Shown: positions 39,201 through 51,900 of the stretch, one piece after another
How the letters are laid out: every line of letters starts with the position of its first letter
Position numbering within the stretch: position 1 is the first letter of the stretch
NCBI GenBank assembly: GCA_040954595.2
Contig: CM082592.2
Coordinates: forward strand, 11,872,632-11,936,631
Direction of reading: 5' to 3'
Origin: Balanoglossus misakiensis
Taxonomy: Eukaryota > Animalia > Hemichordata
DNA length: 64,000 nucleotides
Program-made: the position numbers and the translations under genes
The notes under the pieces: generated by a model
Told to the model about the DNA's origin: nothing
What the model saw: the letters and a program-made list of their open reading frames with translations, nothing else
Database searches by the model: none

Positions 39201-41318
39201 GTCCTTGAAGCTGGTATTTCTGTACACAATGGATTTCCCAAAATCGCAACCTGTGACAAACGTGTCCCCAACAACACACCACTGAAACAAAACAAACAAT
39301 ACAAAATAACTTGTCAATCAATCAAGCAAAACAAAGAAAAACTTTGATAGATATACACAATACCAACATGTCATTCTGCAAAGGACAATCACAAGCCAGG
39401 GTCAAGCGAAAGGGGCATTAAACTCAAACAGTTGAACACATCACATGATATTCGGAACAAACATAACAGTACAAAGATTTGCAAGATAAACAAAATCTAC
39501 TCAAAATTTGAAATGCCAGAATGATAAGGAAACATACATCATTGTTGATACCACATATTTATATTTCATATCAAACGCCACTTTTAGTTGTCCATTAACT
39601 CCAACTGACCTGTGGCTCACCCCAGAGAGCCAGTACCTTCCCAAGATCATGAATGAGACCTGTGAGATGGAACCAGTCTTTATCTGGATGTCTTTCACGG
39701 ATCCTTTCGGCTGTCTGGTATGCGTGGTAGATATTTGGAACATCAACCTGGAAATACAAAAGCATGCAGTCAAACAGTCTCTGATGCAATACACTCTGTA
39801 TATGATCCTTTACATGTTGGATATTATCTCTTCCCAAGTCCTGTTACCTAACCCTTCTAAGTTGATATCATTTTATCGTGAACAATACATGATGCCTTGC
39901 CCTGTTGAATATGGTGTTGTAATACCAGCAAATCATTTCAGTAGTAACATGTGACAACACTGTCAATGCATTTCATACCATTTACACCAAATTTAGATAT
40001 TGACTCTGACTTAAAATATACTTACATCAGGATCGCTTTCATCGATGACATTATTGAGGTAGTCCAAAGCTTCCATGATGTTCATCTCTGCCTTGTCCAG
40101 TTTGCCCCACTGCTCATGCTGTGAAAATACAAAGACAAATGAATTCACCACCTGAGTGAGTGCTTGCCAGCTGCAGTTGAAAAACACACCATGCTGATTT
40201 CAACAATTCATCCAACAAATCTTAAGTTATGCCAAAATATACTAATTCACCGTCCCATATTTTTAATTATTCTGAAACCATGGTCACATGCATATTTAAG
40301 GACTAGCGGAGTTTACCTTGCCCAGGACAAAGTCATGGGTCTGGAATGTGTGCATCAGCCGATATGTTTCCCGAACACGTTCCATGTGGGTGTCGCCCGT
40401 TGTTTCTTCCTAATTTTCAACAGAAATACATATGTTTAGAATTAAGAATAAGCATATGATGGTGATTTTTGGAATTTAATCAATTCACTGTCAAGTTAAA
40501 ACTAGAATAACACCATTCTGCTAGTGGGGACATTAAATTTTTTAAGCACATTAAATTCTTCTCCAATGAAGCCTTTATTGGTGGCATAGATTCCCAATGT
40601 GATATAAAGCACTGATTCATGATTGAATTTTTCTGTTAGAGGCCAACTTAAATTCATCATGCCATGGTCAACCCATGTTAGATGCACAATAACCACCATT
40701 ATTTGAGGATAAAAATAACCTGGGTCAAGTTCAACACCAAGGTCAAAACTGAGAGTGGCAATCACCAACACGACAGTGTACGCATGCTCCGGGTTTATGC
40801 TATTCTTCAGAGGGAAGTACGCATGTCTGCCTCGTGGAGTGAATTCAATTGTTCACGATCTCCGCTAGCCACCCCCATGTTCGAGAACGCAAAATCAAAC
40901 TCCAAACTGCAATTTAGGGGAAATGATAATACCTCGTGATAATTTCTAAACTCTTCTTTCGTTTTCTGGGCCTCGGGTTCAGGCCTGTACAGTTCAGACG
41001 GATCAATCATGTTCACTTGTTCCTGAAAAAGAAATGAAAATTCATATCAGTAACTTTATAGAGAAAATGCACACGTATGTCCTAAATGGAGAATCGTCGA
41101 GTTATACGACCAGATTCGCACGTATTGTCGTTTTAAAAATATTAGGAACGCCATTCGCTGTACATGACACTGTCACTGAACGGCGCGGTCGATCGAGGTG
41201 ACATCAATATCAACAAAGGCCGTCACCAACACTACGTGACGCACGGGTAATGAAATGTACATTAGTAAAAAGGAATTTTGCCCCAAATTTCGATCGCACA
41301 ACCCACTTCACTTACCAT
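36209..41318 (-). CDS. MIOX: myo-inositol oxygenase, 10 coding exons, 288 aa
   Basis: Exons 41318-41316 (ATG only), 41022-40933, 40409-40317, 40118-40026, 39747-39610, 39281-39172, 37882-37815, 36895-36846, 36711-36599, 36317-36209 (867 nt). Motifs: [61 protein letters not shown] (HD di-iron), [56 protein letters not shown]. Minus-strand AATAAA at about 35640-35645. Confidence 0.95.
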
Positions 41319-41409
41319 ATTCGTTCTTTTTTCTTCCTTCAAGCGAACACCGCGAAAAAGATAAACCACCGTGGAACAGATCGCCCCTTCTCTCTTGTTC
41401 TTTCGTTGC

Positions 41410-41484
41410 GAATGAAATATATTTGTTCGATCGCTTCTGTGTGAAACGCGACACGCCCCCTTATGAAAATGAGCTGTGACGTCA
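41410..41484 (-). promoter_or_regulatory. Putative MIOX proximal promoter: TATA-like element and full CRE
   Basis: TGACGTCA at 41477-41484 and an AT-rich TATA-like element (caaatatatttc on the minus strand) near 41415-41425, upstream of the ATG-only exon. Confidence 0.35.
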
Positions 41485-42240
41485 TACATGTCGAGTTCCC
41501 CTCTAGATGATTTTGCGCTGCGGCGTGTTATTTGGAACACTATGGCGACGTTTTTGACTTTAAACCAAATATTCAATACTTTATACACAAACAAAATATA
41601 TAATTTCCAATTTTACGTAAAAGTGAACAAAATATGGAGATTCGAAACTGTACATTATTTATTGATTTCCGTAACACACCTCCGACACACCCACGAAATT
41701 CACATTCGGATTGGCCGTGAAAGTGACATAGCTGTCATCGCTATATACCTGCAGAAACTGGAGTAAACCTGTACCGCGTGGAGGATATGTCTATTCTTTT
41801 TTCCCCTCAAAAGATCCTTGCACCACCCCGGGAGAAAATCGAACGTTCATGGACACTCAGATTTTCACGTACCACATGTACCAGGTTCAAACAGATCAAC
41901 GTGACGCAGTGCAATACATAACACACTCACGCTCACATGATTGTTGTTTATTTGTAGAAGCCAGGAAAGGGAGGTTTATTTTCATTATCATAATCAAAAT
42001 TCAAATATAATCTTTGATAAAAGTGCTGGTTGTTTCCCCTTTTCACCATTCCCTTCGCTTTTCCTAACCCTCGCTATTTTGTTATTTACAACGTAATGTA
42101 ATGTTGGCTAAAAAGAAAAGTACGCCGCAATGTAAAAACAGAGGGCGCCCTTGCACTAGGTACATGTATACACACAGGCGCACGCACCGGTGCAATATTC
42201 TCATATACATTGTATAATTCTAAGATACACCGTCTGTTCT

Positions 42241-42933
42241 CTATTCTAAGGCTAAAATGTATTTGTAATTATGCAATTTTAAGATGCAGCTACTGTATGT
42301 TACGGAAATGCCGGTTTTCTTAAAACCCATTCGTTCGTAAAGTCTTTGGGAAGCTTTATGATCCTCCGTTGTCTCCAGGCTTACAAATTTGTATCCAAAT
42401 CTTTTGCTGTATTCAATTGCTGTGTCCATCATGAGTTTTCCAATTCCTTGCCTACGCGAATCTTTGCATACAGACAATGTTGTCAGCACTAAAGTATCTT
42501 TAATTCTAGAATTGCCGTCAGGAATGAGTCCAACAGTAGCTACGACATGACCAGCGTATTCTGCAACCCAGAAATTTCCCTCGCCACCATTTATGTAGGT
42601 ACCCCGGATGTCTCGTAAATCTGAATTGATTCTGTATTGCAGGTATTGCCTATGAGGCGATGCCCAGTGCCAGATGCAGAATGTTACTATCACTGCCAAG
42701 GTCATCAGTGACAGGACGATACTCTCAAGGAGGAGATATGGTAGCAGCGCCCCCATGAGGAAAAGAACATGTGTGGTCCGGTAGCCAAGGTGACGGTAGA
42801 TGCAAGGTTTGCGGAACTCTTTCACAACATCTGCGTAAAGCTTGATGACTGCGTCTGTGTCGTTTTCCTTGAATTGACGAACAGTGAGTGCGTTTTCTAA
42901 CCTTGTTTTTGTCACACAGTCGGTAAATGCCAT
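42241..42933 (-). CDS. NAT8/camello-like membrane-anchored GNAT N-acetyltransferase, intronless, 230 aa
   Basis: N-terminal VRQFKENDTDAVIKLY, internal hydrophobic segment (VLFLMGALLPYLLLESIVLSLMTLAVIVTFCIW), SDLRDIRGTY..GNFWVAE..GHVVATVG, acetyl-CoA motif A LSVCKDSRRQGIGKLM, and LETTEDHKASQRLYERMGF. This is the NAT8/CML architecture. Confidence 0.85.
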   Translation of the reverse strand: MAFTDCVTKTRLENALTVRQFKENDTDAVIKLYADVVKEFRKPCIYRHLGYRTTHVLFLMGALLPYLLLESIVLSLMTLAVIVTFCIWHWASPHRQYLQYRINSDLRDIRGTYINGGEGNFWVAEYAGHVVATVGLIPDGNSRIKDTLVLTTLSVCKDSRRQGIGKLMMDTAIEYSKRFGYKFVSLETTEDHKASQRLYERMGFKKTGISVTYSSCILKLHNYKYILALE

Positions 42934-45220
42934 CGCCTCAGTCTCAGTGAAATCACAGCGAGGCTACTAGGTACTTCGTCTCCATGGAATTCTCAAGTCG
43001 TGATTTTACTTTGCTTACCACTGAGCCGGGTTCAAAATGGCGGTTGTTTCAAATCGCGCGTATGGCCAATCTTCGTGTAAAGGGCAAAGCATAGTTCACA
43101 GTATTCTTCAAGCTATGGTTATCATATGAGTTACTTATTGATTTGGAGTAAGTATTTAATTTGGATGTTTGACATCAAAAACATAGACTTTGCCCCTTTA
43201 ATCAACGCGTGATGATACATACGTGACCGCGGCGCGACCGGTTCTAGCACAGTCTACTCGACCAGCTTGAACAATCTCCTACCAACATTTTCATAGAAGA
43301 AACGATACGACTAACTCGAGATACATGGGCATGATCGATGTTTATTGCTAACAATACACTTCAATAATCCAATATACCATTAATTTTAATATGTCATAAA
43401 TCAAAGGCACATGTATTGCCAGAATTCAAATAAAGTTATCATCGTCAATAATTACAATAATGATAGTTACAATTGTATTTATAGTAACATTACAATTCAA
43501 TTATTGTCTCAGTATTTGTACAAATTAACATGAGTTCTCGACAAATCTGTGGTTATATTAAATACTTATTACAAACTGCCAATGTTTAAACCGCACCAGA
43601 TTCAGGTTTAGATGTTAAAGCCCCAATAACCTTACCTTTTCGCACAAATTGAACAAGCGAATTGTATATTGTAATACACCCCAAGATATGACCACTAATT
43701 TTATCCTCATTAACACCCATGGGTATACATGTGTTAAGGGAAAACTATGACAAACTGACCTTCCTGTGTTCACACAACACCAAACGAAATGTTATTGCTT
43801 AAAAGTGCTGAGGGTTTTGTTACCAAACTGAAATGTCAATATGGAGTGACATCTCAACACAGACGCTGGTCAAATTGCTTAAAAGGTTTATATGATGTCA
43901 TGTTGTTAAAATAGTGCCGAATCAAAATATTCAATGTCTGGAGCTCCATTTTCGGAGTTGAAGACGGGCAGTAACTGTCATGTACAAAGAACACTGAAAT
44001 AGGAGCGATAATGTCGCCAAAGCATTCTCCAAAATTTGACTTGTCACAAATGTTTACTTTTTTTTACAATTCAACATATGCACACCATATTTAAATGAAT
44101 TACTAAGAGCAATTAGACAACTGAGACAATGAGCTCCGGCACAGCCAACGAAAAGGTTGTCTTTTTTCCGCCAATGAGGGCGCTCATCATTTTGTGCTCA
44201 GCAGATTAGCTCGTGTACGACCACTGAAATATACTGCATGTGTTTCTATATAGACGCTTCTTACAAGACTCAGACACCAGTACAGATAGGAATAACTCGC
44301 CAGAGAAAATTACAAAGTCGTACTTAAGTATGAAAAAAAGATTTTGTTAAATTTCATGTCCGTATATGGAGGTTAGTAGAGGTCATTCTGACGACCCTCT
44401 AAAACATTGATAAAATTCACTTGCACTCTTTTTATTCTTACAGCCACTGTAAAGAATACATTTACATCACTGTGACGTCACATAAACATGTCTATGAAAA
44501 ATTTAATTCCCAGTGACACACGCAACATTTAAAAATCTCAAACACCATTTGATCTACAAAATCGTCATTTTTACATATAATTCATTCGATTTTTTTTTTG
44601 CGTTTGGAAGGGAATTGCCACGATGACATGTAACTTTACCGTTTAACCTCCCCTACAATTCTAGCAGCGTTGCAAATCTACACGAAATAAAATACGGACA
44701 CAACTCTTCATGATTAATTGAGCGGAAAGCCATAATTGACCAACAAACTGAGCAAACATGAAAATCAATGCAAATGACTGTCATACACGAATGACGTTAA
44801 CATAATAAGCCCAGTGTTAAAAACTGCATCTGTGAGTAGAAAGAGTCGAATTTACTGGAGACGTGTCTTTTCTCGCCGAATATTGACAAGACCGGGAAAA
44901 ATTTAACACCTCCATAGGCGTAGTAATACTAGGGCGTAATACTATAATACAAGTGGTTGGGCAGTGTTCTAACGCATAATTAAAGGGGTCCCTTGTCTTT
45001 CAATAGAATGACCTGGATTAATAGGCAGACTACATCCTGCCGACAACATTTTTCACACTCTAGATTTTTTTACGCCTACAAGTCTGTTACTGACATGGAA
45101 TGATTCCTTGAAGAGTATACTGGCCCTCTTCTCCTAAATCCCAGGTGTAACGCCCTCTATACGTAACGACCTTTCTTACTATCTGCGAAGGTTGGACAGC
45201 TTTCACAGTGTTCGCACCGC

Positions 45221-48200
45221 TCACAAATAGCTGTTCATTGCGTACTGCTCTCTTCCTCCCCATGGCTGGTCTCCTTCGGGTTTAAGTGATGTTATCAGTC
45301 TCTGTAGGATGGTGAAAACGAGGGGTAAATTTTATTTAATTTCATGGCCAACTGGAAACTTTGATTTCAGTTAAATGCAAAGTGGCTTAGTCCAATCCAG
45401 TCTTGTTGCGCATGGCCAGTGGCGAGTCTTGTTGCGCATGGCCAGTGGCGAGGGTACCAGGTTAGTATATTGTCTGGTCTACCTTTTATTAGTTGTCATG
45501 GGTCTACTCCAGATTAATCGTCACTTACCTCTTTGAGTGTTCCTGGTGTTATGATGATCCTGTACAAGGCATAAATTGGAACCATCATTATGGACGAGAG
45601 CGCCACCAACCATCCAATTCCAATGGACCAGCGAGGATACATATATCCTTGGAATTCCAATGGACTCCAGGAAGCGATTGTCATGATGATGATGAACTAT
45701 TGGAAATAAGCAAGAGGTAAAGCATTCTGATTTTACGGTTACTTTTATTATGATATAAATGTGTACAATTTCCGAGAGATTACAATCAGTTTATTGTTAG
45801 GCACTGTTCGTTCACAGCAATGAATTTCAACAAAATTTTCAAGATTAATCAGATGTTGCTCGAATCCAACGTACCCGTTAGAAATCAGTAGTAATCGTAA
45901 GTAGGAAGGAGGGGGGGGGGGAGTTATTGGCGGAAGTAGTTTCTTACCACCAAGAATATTGGCGAGATAAACCGCCAGCAAATTCTCCAAAAGATTCCCG
46001 GTTTAGACCCCAGCATCTGTTTGATTTCATCGGCAAATCTACCAGCTCCGTAAAACCAGGAAATGACGACAGCTTCCAGAAAGACGATCACGAGCAGCGA
46101 CACGCCAGCACCCATCTCAGTCAACAAGTGTATCACGTATTGTCCACCCTGTCGGTAGGATAAAGTATGTTGAGTTGAAATCTTCATACCATCAGCAATA
46201 TAGCCATGGCACTTGTGACCGGCCTCTGACATGTGTACAATTTCTCCATTCCGTAAACACAGAGATGGCGGCCATTTTGAATTTGAAAGTTTGTCAGGTA
46301 AGTGTCCAGTACTCACGTCATCCAATTTACCCTTTTCTGAACAAAACTAGTTTGTTTATACTTACATATGTAGTGGTGGGCAGCGCCCCCAGATAGCAGC
46401 AGCAAATGAGGACACCCACAAATATTTCACGATTTTTGCCGATGGTTTTGGGAAATTCATCACAAAAAGCTGTTATGATGGCCTCAAGTCCTCCGAACTG
46501 CGAAATGAAATGTTGAGAGAATTTGATTGGTCGTAATAAAGGCAGTCACAACTTGTTAGTACTCAGTATTAATATATGTGGTATTTCAGATTGGCTAGAC
46601 ATCCGCGAATCCACTTGGAGTTAAGGGGCAGGGTTCCTGAGCACGCAACAAATGCAGTGATTATTCGCCACAAACAATCAGTTCCAGCTAACTTTGTGCT
46701 CCCTCTGTCCAGCCGAGAAAAAAACCCGGAATCGCTCGGGTTATGACAAGCAGCGAGATTGACGTAACACATCCGTTAGGGCTCTACCGAACACAGCAGC
46801 TCGTTTCTGAGCAGCCGTCGCCAAGGTTACTTCATACCACCAACTGCGATTAAATAGTTCTTTATTTTGCATTCTTTTCCGAGTTTTTGCAAAGTTATGA
46901 ATATTTATAGTTTATTTGATTTCCCCGTAACAGTAATGTTTCCTTTTGGCTTGCAAGAATCGAACATATTTTTATCGATTTATTTACTTACGGTGAGCTG
47001 TTGATGGCAGTCAATGAATAGCTGAATATATTAGCGTAATTGTTTGCAATCAGGCAGCTAAGGCAGTCAATCTAAGTTCAATCTCACGTCAGAAATGACT
47101 CTCCAGCACAAGCATGCGTGGTAGGCAGTTTGCTAAGAGTCACTGAGAATGAATAATACATTTCTTGTACTATTTTTGTTGAATATCGCACACACTCTTA
47201 AAGTTATCCATAAATAAAGTCGGACATCTTACCGTGCTGTCCAGACCAAGTGTAATCAGCATAAAGAAGAAAATAATAGCCCAGAAGGTGGAAGCCGGCA
47301 TAGCCGCTATGGCTTCTGGGTAGACCACAAACACAAGACCAGGCCCTATTGACAGATTAGATTGTAAAGTGTTGTAAGACAAACCCCGTATGTCCAATGG
47401 TGCTAAGTCTGCGATGTTTTTTATTTGCATTGAAATAAATTCTGTATTATCCTAATGTGCCATAATTATTGTTAAGAAACGAGCACATTGATTTATTTAT
47501 TCAATAAAGATGTCATGTCCAGAATGTTGTATCTATTGATTCTTTATTCAGGAGGATATTTCTAGCGACTCACCATCTGTAGCAACTTTGGAGATATCAG
47601 TATTTTGCTTGTGAGCCATGAACCCCAACACAGAAAAGATGACAAACCCTGACATGAAACTCGTCAGACAGTTAATACTACTGGTGACTAAGGCATCTCT
47701 GCAATGATACGAGATTTGTAATAATGAATCAAAAAACGGTAGAAGGGACACTTCTATACTTTGATTTTCCATCTTGTGATCTTTAGTGTAAAAAGAAACT
47801 TCAATTCACCATCCGTTTTATCACAAAGAAATAATATGATTTAAAAAATTCATTGATCAACATCACTAAAGTACTGGAAGTACAATAACAAACTGGCTTC
47901 CAGGAATAAGTCGTCGGTAGTGCTTTTGGGTGGATACTGCCCTCTCGTTAATGACCAGCCATATTCAAGCGCTAGTTTATTCACTGTAAAAATTATTGGT
48001 TTTTATCATAAAACATTCTTTTACTTGAAACAAATGGCTCATTTACCTGTAACAATTGTTGTGGAATTTGTTATAACTCGCTAAAGCAAGAATAACACCA
48101 AACCCTGGACCCAAAGAGAAAAATATCTGCACTGCAGCATCTATCCACACCTTTAAAAAAATAGAATATAAAAGGTTATCACACTGTCATTTTTAACATA

Positions 48201-48430
48201 AAACGATTTTTTTGGTTATGACATAAACGGTACGACGATATCGATGATGATGAAGATGATGATTATGATGAATTTTCCGTTTAATCTTTACCTACCCCCG
48301 TGTCAAGTAAAGGCTCCCATCGTGGTGTTATGTAGTATAGTATACCATCCCTAGAGCCTGGCAACGTCACACCTCGTATTAATAAAATTGTTAATATGAC
48401 GTAAGGTGCTGTAGCCGTAACCCATACTAC
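45221..48430 (-). CDS. SLC6A4: SLC6 Na+/Cl- monoamine transporter, serotonin transporter (SERT)-like; 3' eight exons (TM5 to C-terminus), 5' exons not in window
   Basis: Exons 48430-48296, 48150-48047, 47698-47574, 47345-47233, 46497-46366, 46148-45948, 45696-45529, 45301-45221. Translation: [20 protein letters not shown]; [19 protein letters not shown]; [21 protein letters not shown]; [35 protein letters not shown]. The [16 protein letters not shown] segment is SERT-like rather than DAT/NET-like. Ends ...AMNSYL*. Confidence 0.85.
45399..45450. repeat. Perfect 26-bp tandem duplication in the last SLC6 intron
   Basis: agtcttgttgcgcatggccagtggcg twice in direct succession. Confidence 0.85.
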
Positions 48431-48831
48431 CTGAGAAGATATGATGAAAGGTAAGGAGGATATGTCACAGATCTATTCAGAAAACGCGCCTGATTACATT
48501 CATGTTAACAGTTTTGTCATCAGACTGTTTCCTAACTTGTCTGAGTTCTGTGGTGAATTCAAATTCTATGACTGCTTTGGTTTGCGTCAACAGGCTACTC
48601 GCAAGCCTCATGACAAAACCTAACATCGAGTAGTTCCGAAACACATCGAGTCCTACGAACAAACCGCCTCAAAACAAGAGTAATCAATATGGGGTGACAT
48701 AGTGACATGATGTTTACAGTACATTCACTAATGAACAGCGAGTGGCATCTCCACCAGCCAATTTGTTTTTCCATGTCCAAACAAACGGAGGCGGTCAACA
48801 CAGAACCAAGTTGAATATCAAGTAAGTTTAA

Positions 48832-48963
48832 ACGATTTTTCGACTTTACAAAATTTCTTCATTTTTTGAAAAAAATCATGGGTTATAGCTCATGAAAATC
48901 GTCAAAAAATGACAATTTTTCGACTTTGCGAATTTTCAAAATTTGGTCATTTTTTGAAAAAAA
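48832..48963 (-). repeat. About 1.5 diverged satellite monomers in inverted orientation at the array boundary
   Basis: catgggttatagctcatgaaaa and tttttcgactttgcgaattttcaaaatttggtcattttttgaaaaaa are reverse complements of parts of the 87-bp monomer. Confidence 0.85.
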
Positions 48964-48964
48964 C

Positions 48965-51900
48965 AAAATTTAGAAAATTCGCAAAGTCGAAAAATCCTCG
49001 ATTTTTGAACATTTTCCTGAGCTATAACCCATGGTTTTTTCAAAAAATGACCAAATTTTGAAAATTCGCAAAGTCGAAAAATCCTCGATTTTTCAACATT
49101 TTCCTGAGCTATAACCCATGGTTTTTTCAAAAAATGACCAAATTTTGAAAATTCGCAAAGTCGAAAAATCCTCGATTTTTCAACATTTTCCTGAGCTATA
49201 ACCCATGGTTTTTTCAAAAAATGACCAAATTTTGAAAATTCGCAAAGTCGAAAAATCCTCGATTTTTCAACATTTTCCTGAGCTATAACCCATGGTTTTT
49301 TCAAAAAATGACCAAATTTTGAAAATTCGCAAAGTCGAAAAATCCTCGATTTTTCAACATTTTCCTGAGCTATAACCCATGGTTTTTTCAAAAAATGACC
49401 AAATTTTGAAAATTCGCAAAGTCGAAAAATCCTCGATTTTTCAACATTTTCCTGAGCTATAACCCATGGTTTTTTTCAAAAAATGACCAAATTTTGAAAA
49501 TTCGCAAAGTCGAAAAATCCTCGATTTTTGAACATTTTCCTGAGCTATAACCCATGGTTTTTTCAAAAAATGACCAAATTTTGAAAATTCGCAAAGTCGA
49601 AAAATCCTCGATTTTTCAACATTTTCCTGAGCTATAACCCATGGTTTTTTTCAAAAAATGACCAAATTTTGAAAATTCGCAAAGTCGAAAAATCCTCGAT
49701 TTTTCAACATTTTCCTGAGCTATAACCCATGGTTTTTTCAAAAAATGACCAAATTTTGAAAATTCGCAAAGTCGAAAAATCCTCGATTTTTCAACATTTT
49801 CCTGAGCTATAACCCATGGTTTTTTCAAAAAATGACCAAATTTTGAAAATTCGCAAAGTCGAAAAATCCTCGATTTTTCAACATTTTCCTGAGCTATAAC
49901 CCATGGTTTTTTCAAAAAATGACCAAATTTTGAAAATTCGCAAAGTCGAAAAATCCTCGATTTTTCAACATTTTCCTGAGCTATAACCCATGGTTTTTTC
50001 AAAAAATGACCAAATTTTGAAAATTCGCAAAGTCGAAAAATCCTCGATTTTTCAACATTTTCCTGAGCTATAACCCATGGTTTTTTCAAAAAATGACCAA
50101 ATTTTGAAAATTCGCAAAGTCGAAAAATCCTCGATTTTTCAACATTTTCCTGAGCTATAACCCATGGTTTTTTCAAAAAATGACCAAATTTTGAAAATTC
50201 GCAAAGTCGAAAAATCCTCGATTTTTCAACATTTTCCTGAGCTATAACCCATGGTTTTTTCAAAAAATGACCAATTTTGAAAATTCGCAAAGTCGAAAAA
50301 TCCTCGATTTTTCAACATTTTCCTGAGCTATAACCCATGGTTTTTTCAAAAAATGACCAAATTTTGAAAATTCGCAAAGTCGAAAAATCCTCGATTTTTC
50401 AACATTTTCCTGAGCTATAACCCATGGTTTTTTCAAAAAATGACCAAATTTTGAAAATTCGCAAAGTCAAAAATCCTCGATTTTTCAACATTTTCCTGAG
50501 CTATAACCCATGGTTTTTTCAAAAAATGACCAAATTTTGAAAATTCGCAAAGTCGAAAAATCCTCGATTTTTCAACATTTTCCTGAGCTATAACCCATGG
50601 TTTTTTCAAAAAATGACCAAATTTTGAAAATTCGCAAAGTCGAAAAATCCTCGATTTTTCAACATTTTCCTGAGCTATAACCCATGGTTTTTTCAAAAAA
50701 TGACCAAATTTTGAAAATTCGCAAAGTCGAAAAATCCTCGATTTTTCAACATTTTCCTGAGCTATAACCCATGGTTTTTTCAAAAAATGACCAAATTTTG
50801 AAAATTCGCAAAGTCGAAAAATCCTCGATTTTTCAACATTTTCCTGAGCTATAACCCATGGTTTTTTCAAAAAATGACCAAATTTTGAAAATTCGCAAAG
50901 TCGAAAAATCCTCGATTTTTCAACATTTTCCTGAGCTATAACCCATGGTTTTTTCAAAAAATGACCAAATTTTGAAAATTCGCAAAGTCGAAAAATCCTC
51001 GATTTTTCAACATTTTCCTGAGCTATAACCCATGGTTTTTTCAAAAAATGACCAAATTTTGAAAATTCGCAAAGTCGAAAAATCCTCGATTTTTCAACAT
51101 TTTCCTGAGCTATAACCCATGGTTTTTTCAAAAAATGACCAAATTTTGAAAATTCGCAAAGTCGAAAAATCCTCGATTTTTCAACATTTTCCTGAGCTAT
51201 AACCCATGGTTTTTTCAAAAAATGACCAAATTTTGAAAATTCGCAAAGTCGAAAAATCCTCGATTTTTCAACATTTTCCTGAGCTATAACCCATGGTTTT
51301 TTCAAAAAATGACCAAATTTTGAAAATTCGCAAAGTCGAAAAATCCTCGATTTTTCAACATTTTCCTGAGCTATAACCCATGGTTTTTTCAAAAAATGAC
51401 CAAATTTTGAAAATTCGCAAAGTCGAAAAATCCTCGATTTTTCAACATTTTCCTGAGCTATAACCCATGGTTTTTTCAAAAAATGACCAAATTTTGAAAA
51501 TTCGCAAAGTCGAAAAATCCTCGATTTTTCAACATTTTCCTGAGCTATAACCCATGGTTTTTTCAAAAAATGACCAAATTTTGAAAATTCGCAAAGTCGA
51601 AAAATCCTCGATTTTTCAACATTTTCCTGAGCTATAACCCATGGTTTTTTCAAAAAATGACCAAATTTTGAAAATTCGCAAAGTCGAAAAATCCTCGATT
51701 TTTCAACATTTTCCTGAGCTATAACCCATGGTTTTTTCAAAAAATGACCAAATTTTGAAAATTCGCAAAGTCGAAAAATCCTCGATTTTTCAACATTTTC
51801 CTGAGCTATAACCCATGGTTTTTTCAAAAAATGACCAAATTTTGAAAATTCGCAAAGTCGAAAAATCCTCGATTTTTCAACATTTTCCTGAGCTATAACC

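Noticed and set aside
8632-42933. Idea that arsJ-like, MIOX and NAT8-like form a detoxification gene cluster
   Set aside because: They are separated by unrelated housekeeping genes, there is no gapdh/arsC/arsM/acr3 in the window, and I found no shared regulatory signature.
46570-46900. CpG-richer intronic block in the SLC6 gene, possibly a dispersed repeat
   Set aside because: No second copy in the window and no terminal repeats that I could verify.
48978-48995. CENP-B box-like TTCG..CG motif in the monomer (TTCGCAAAGTCGAAA)
   Set aside because: It lacks the spacing and the CGGG half of TTCGNNNNANNCGGG.
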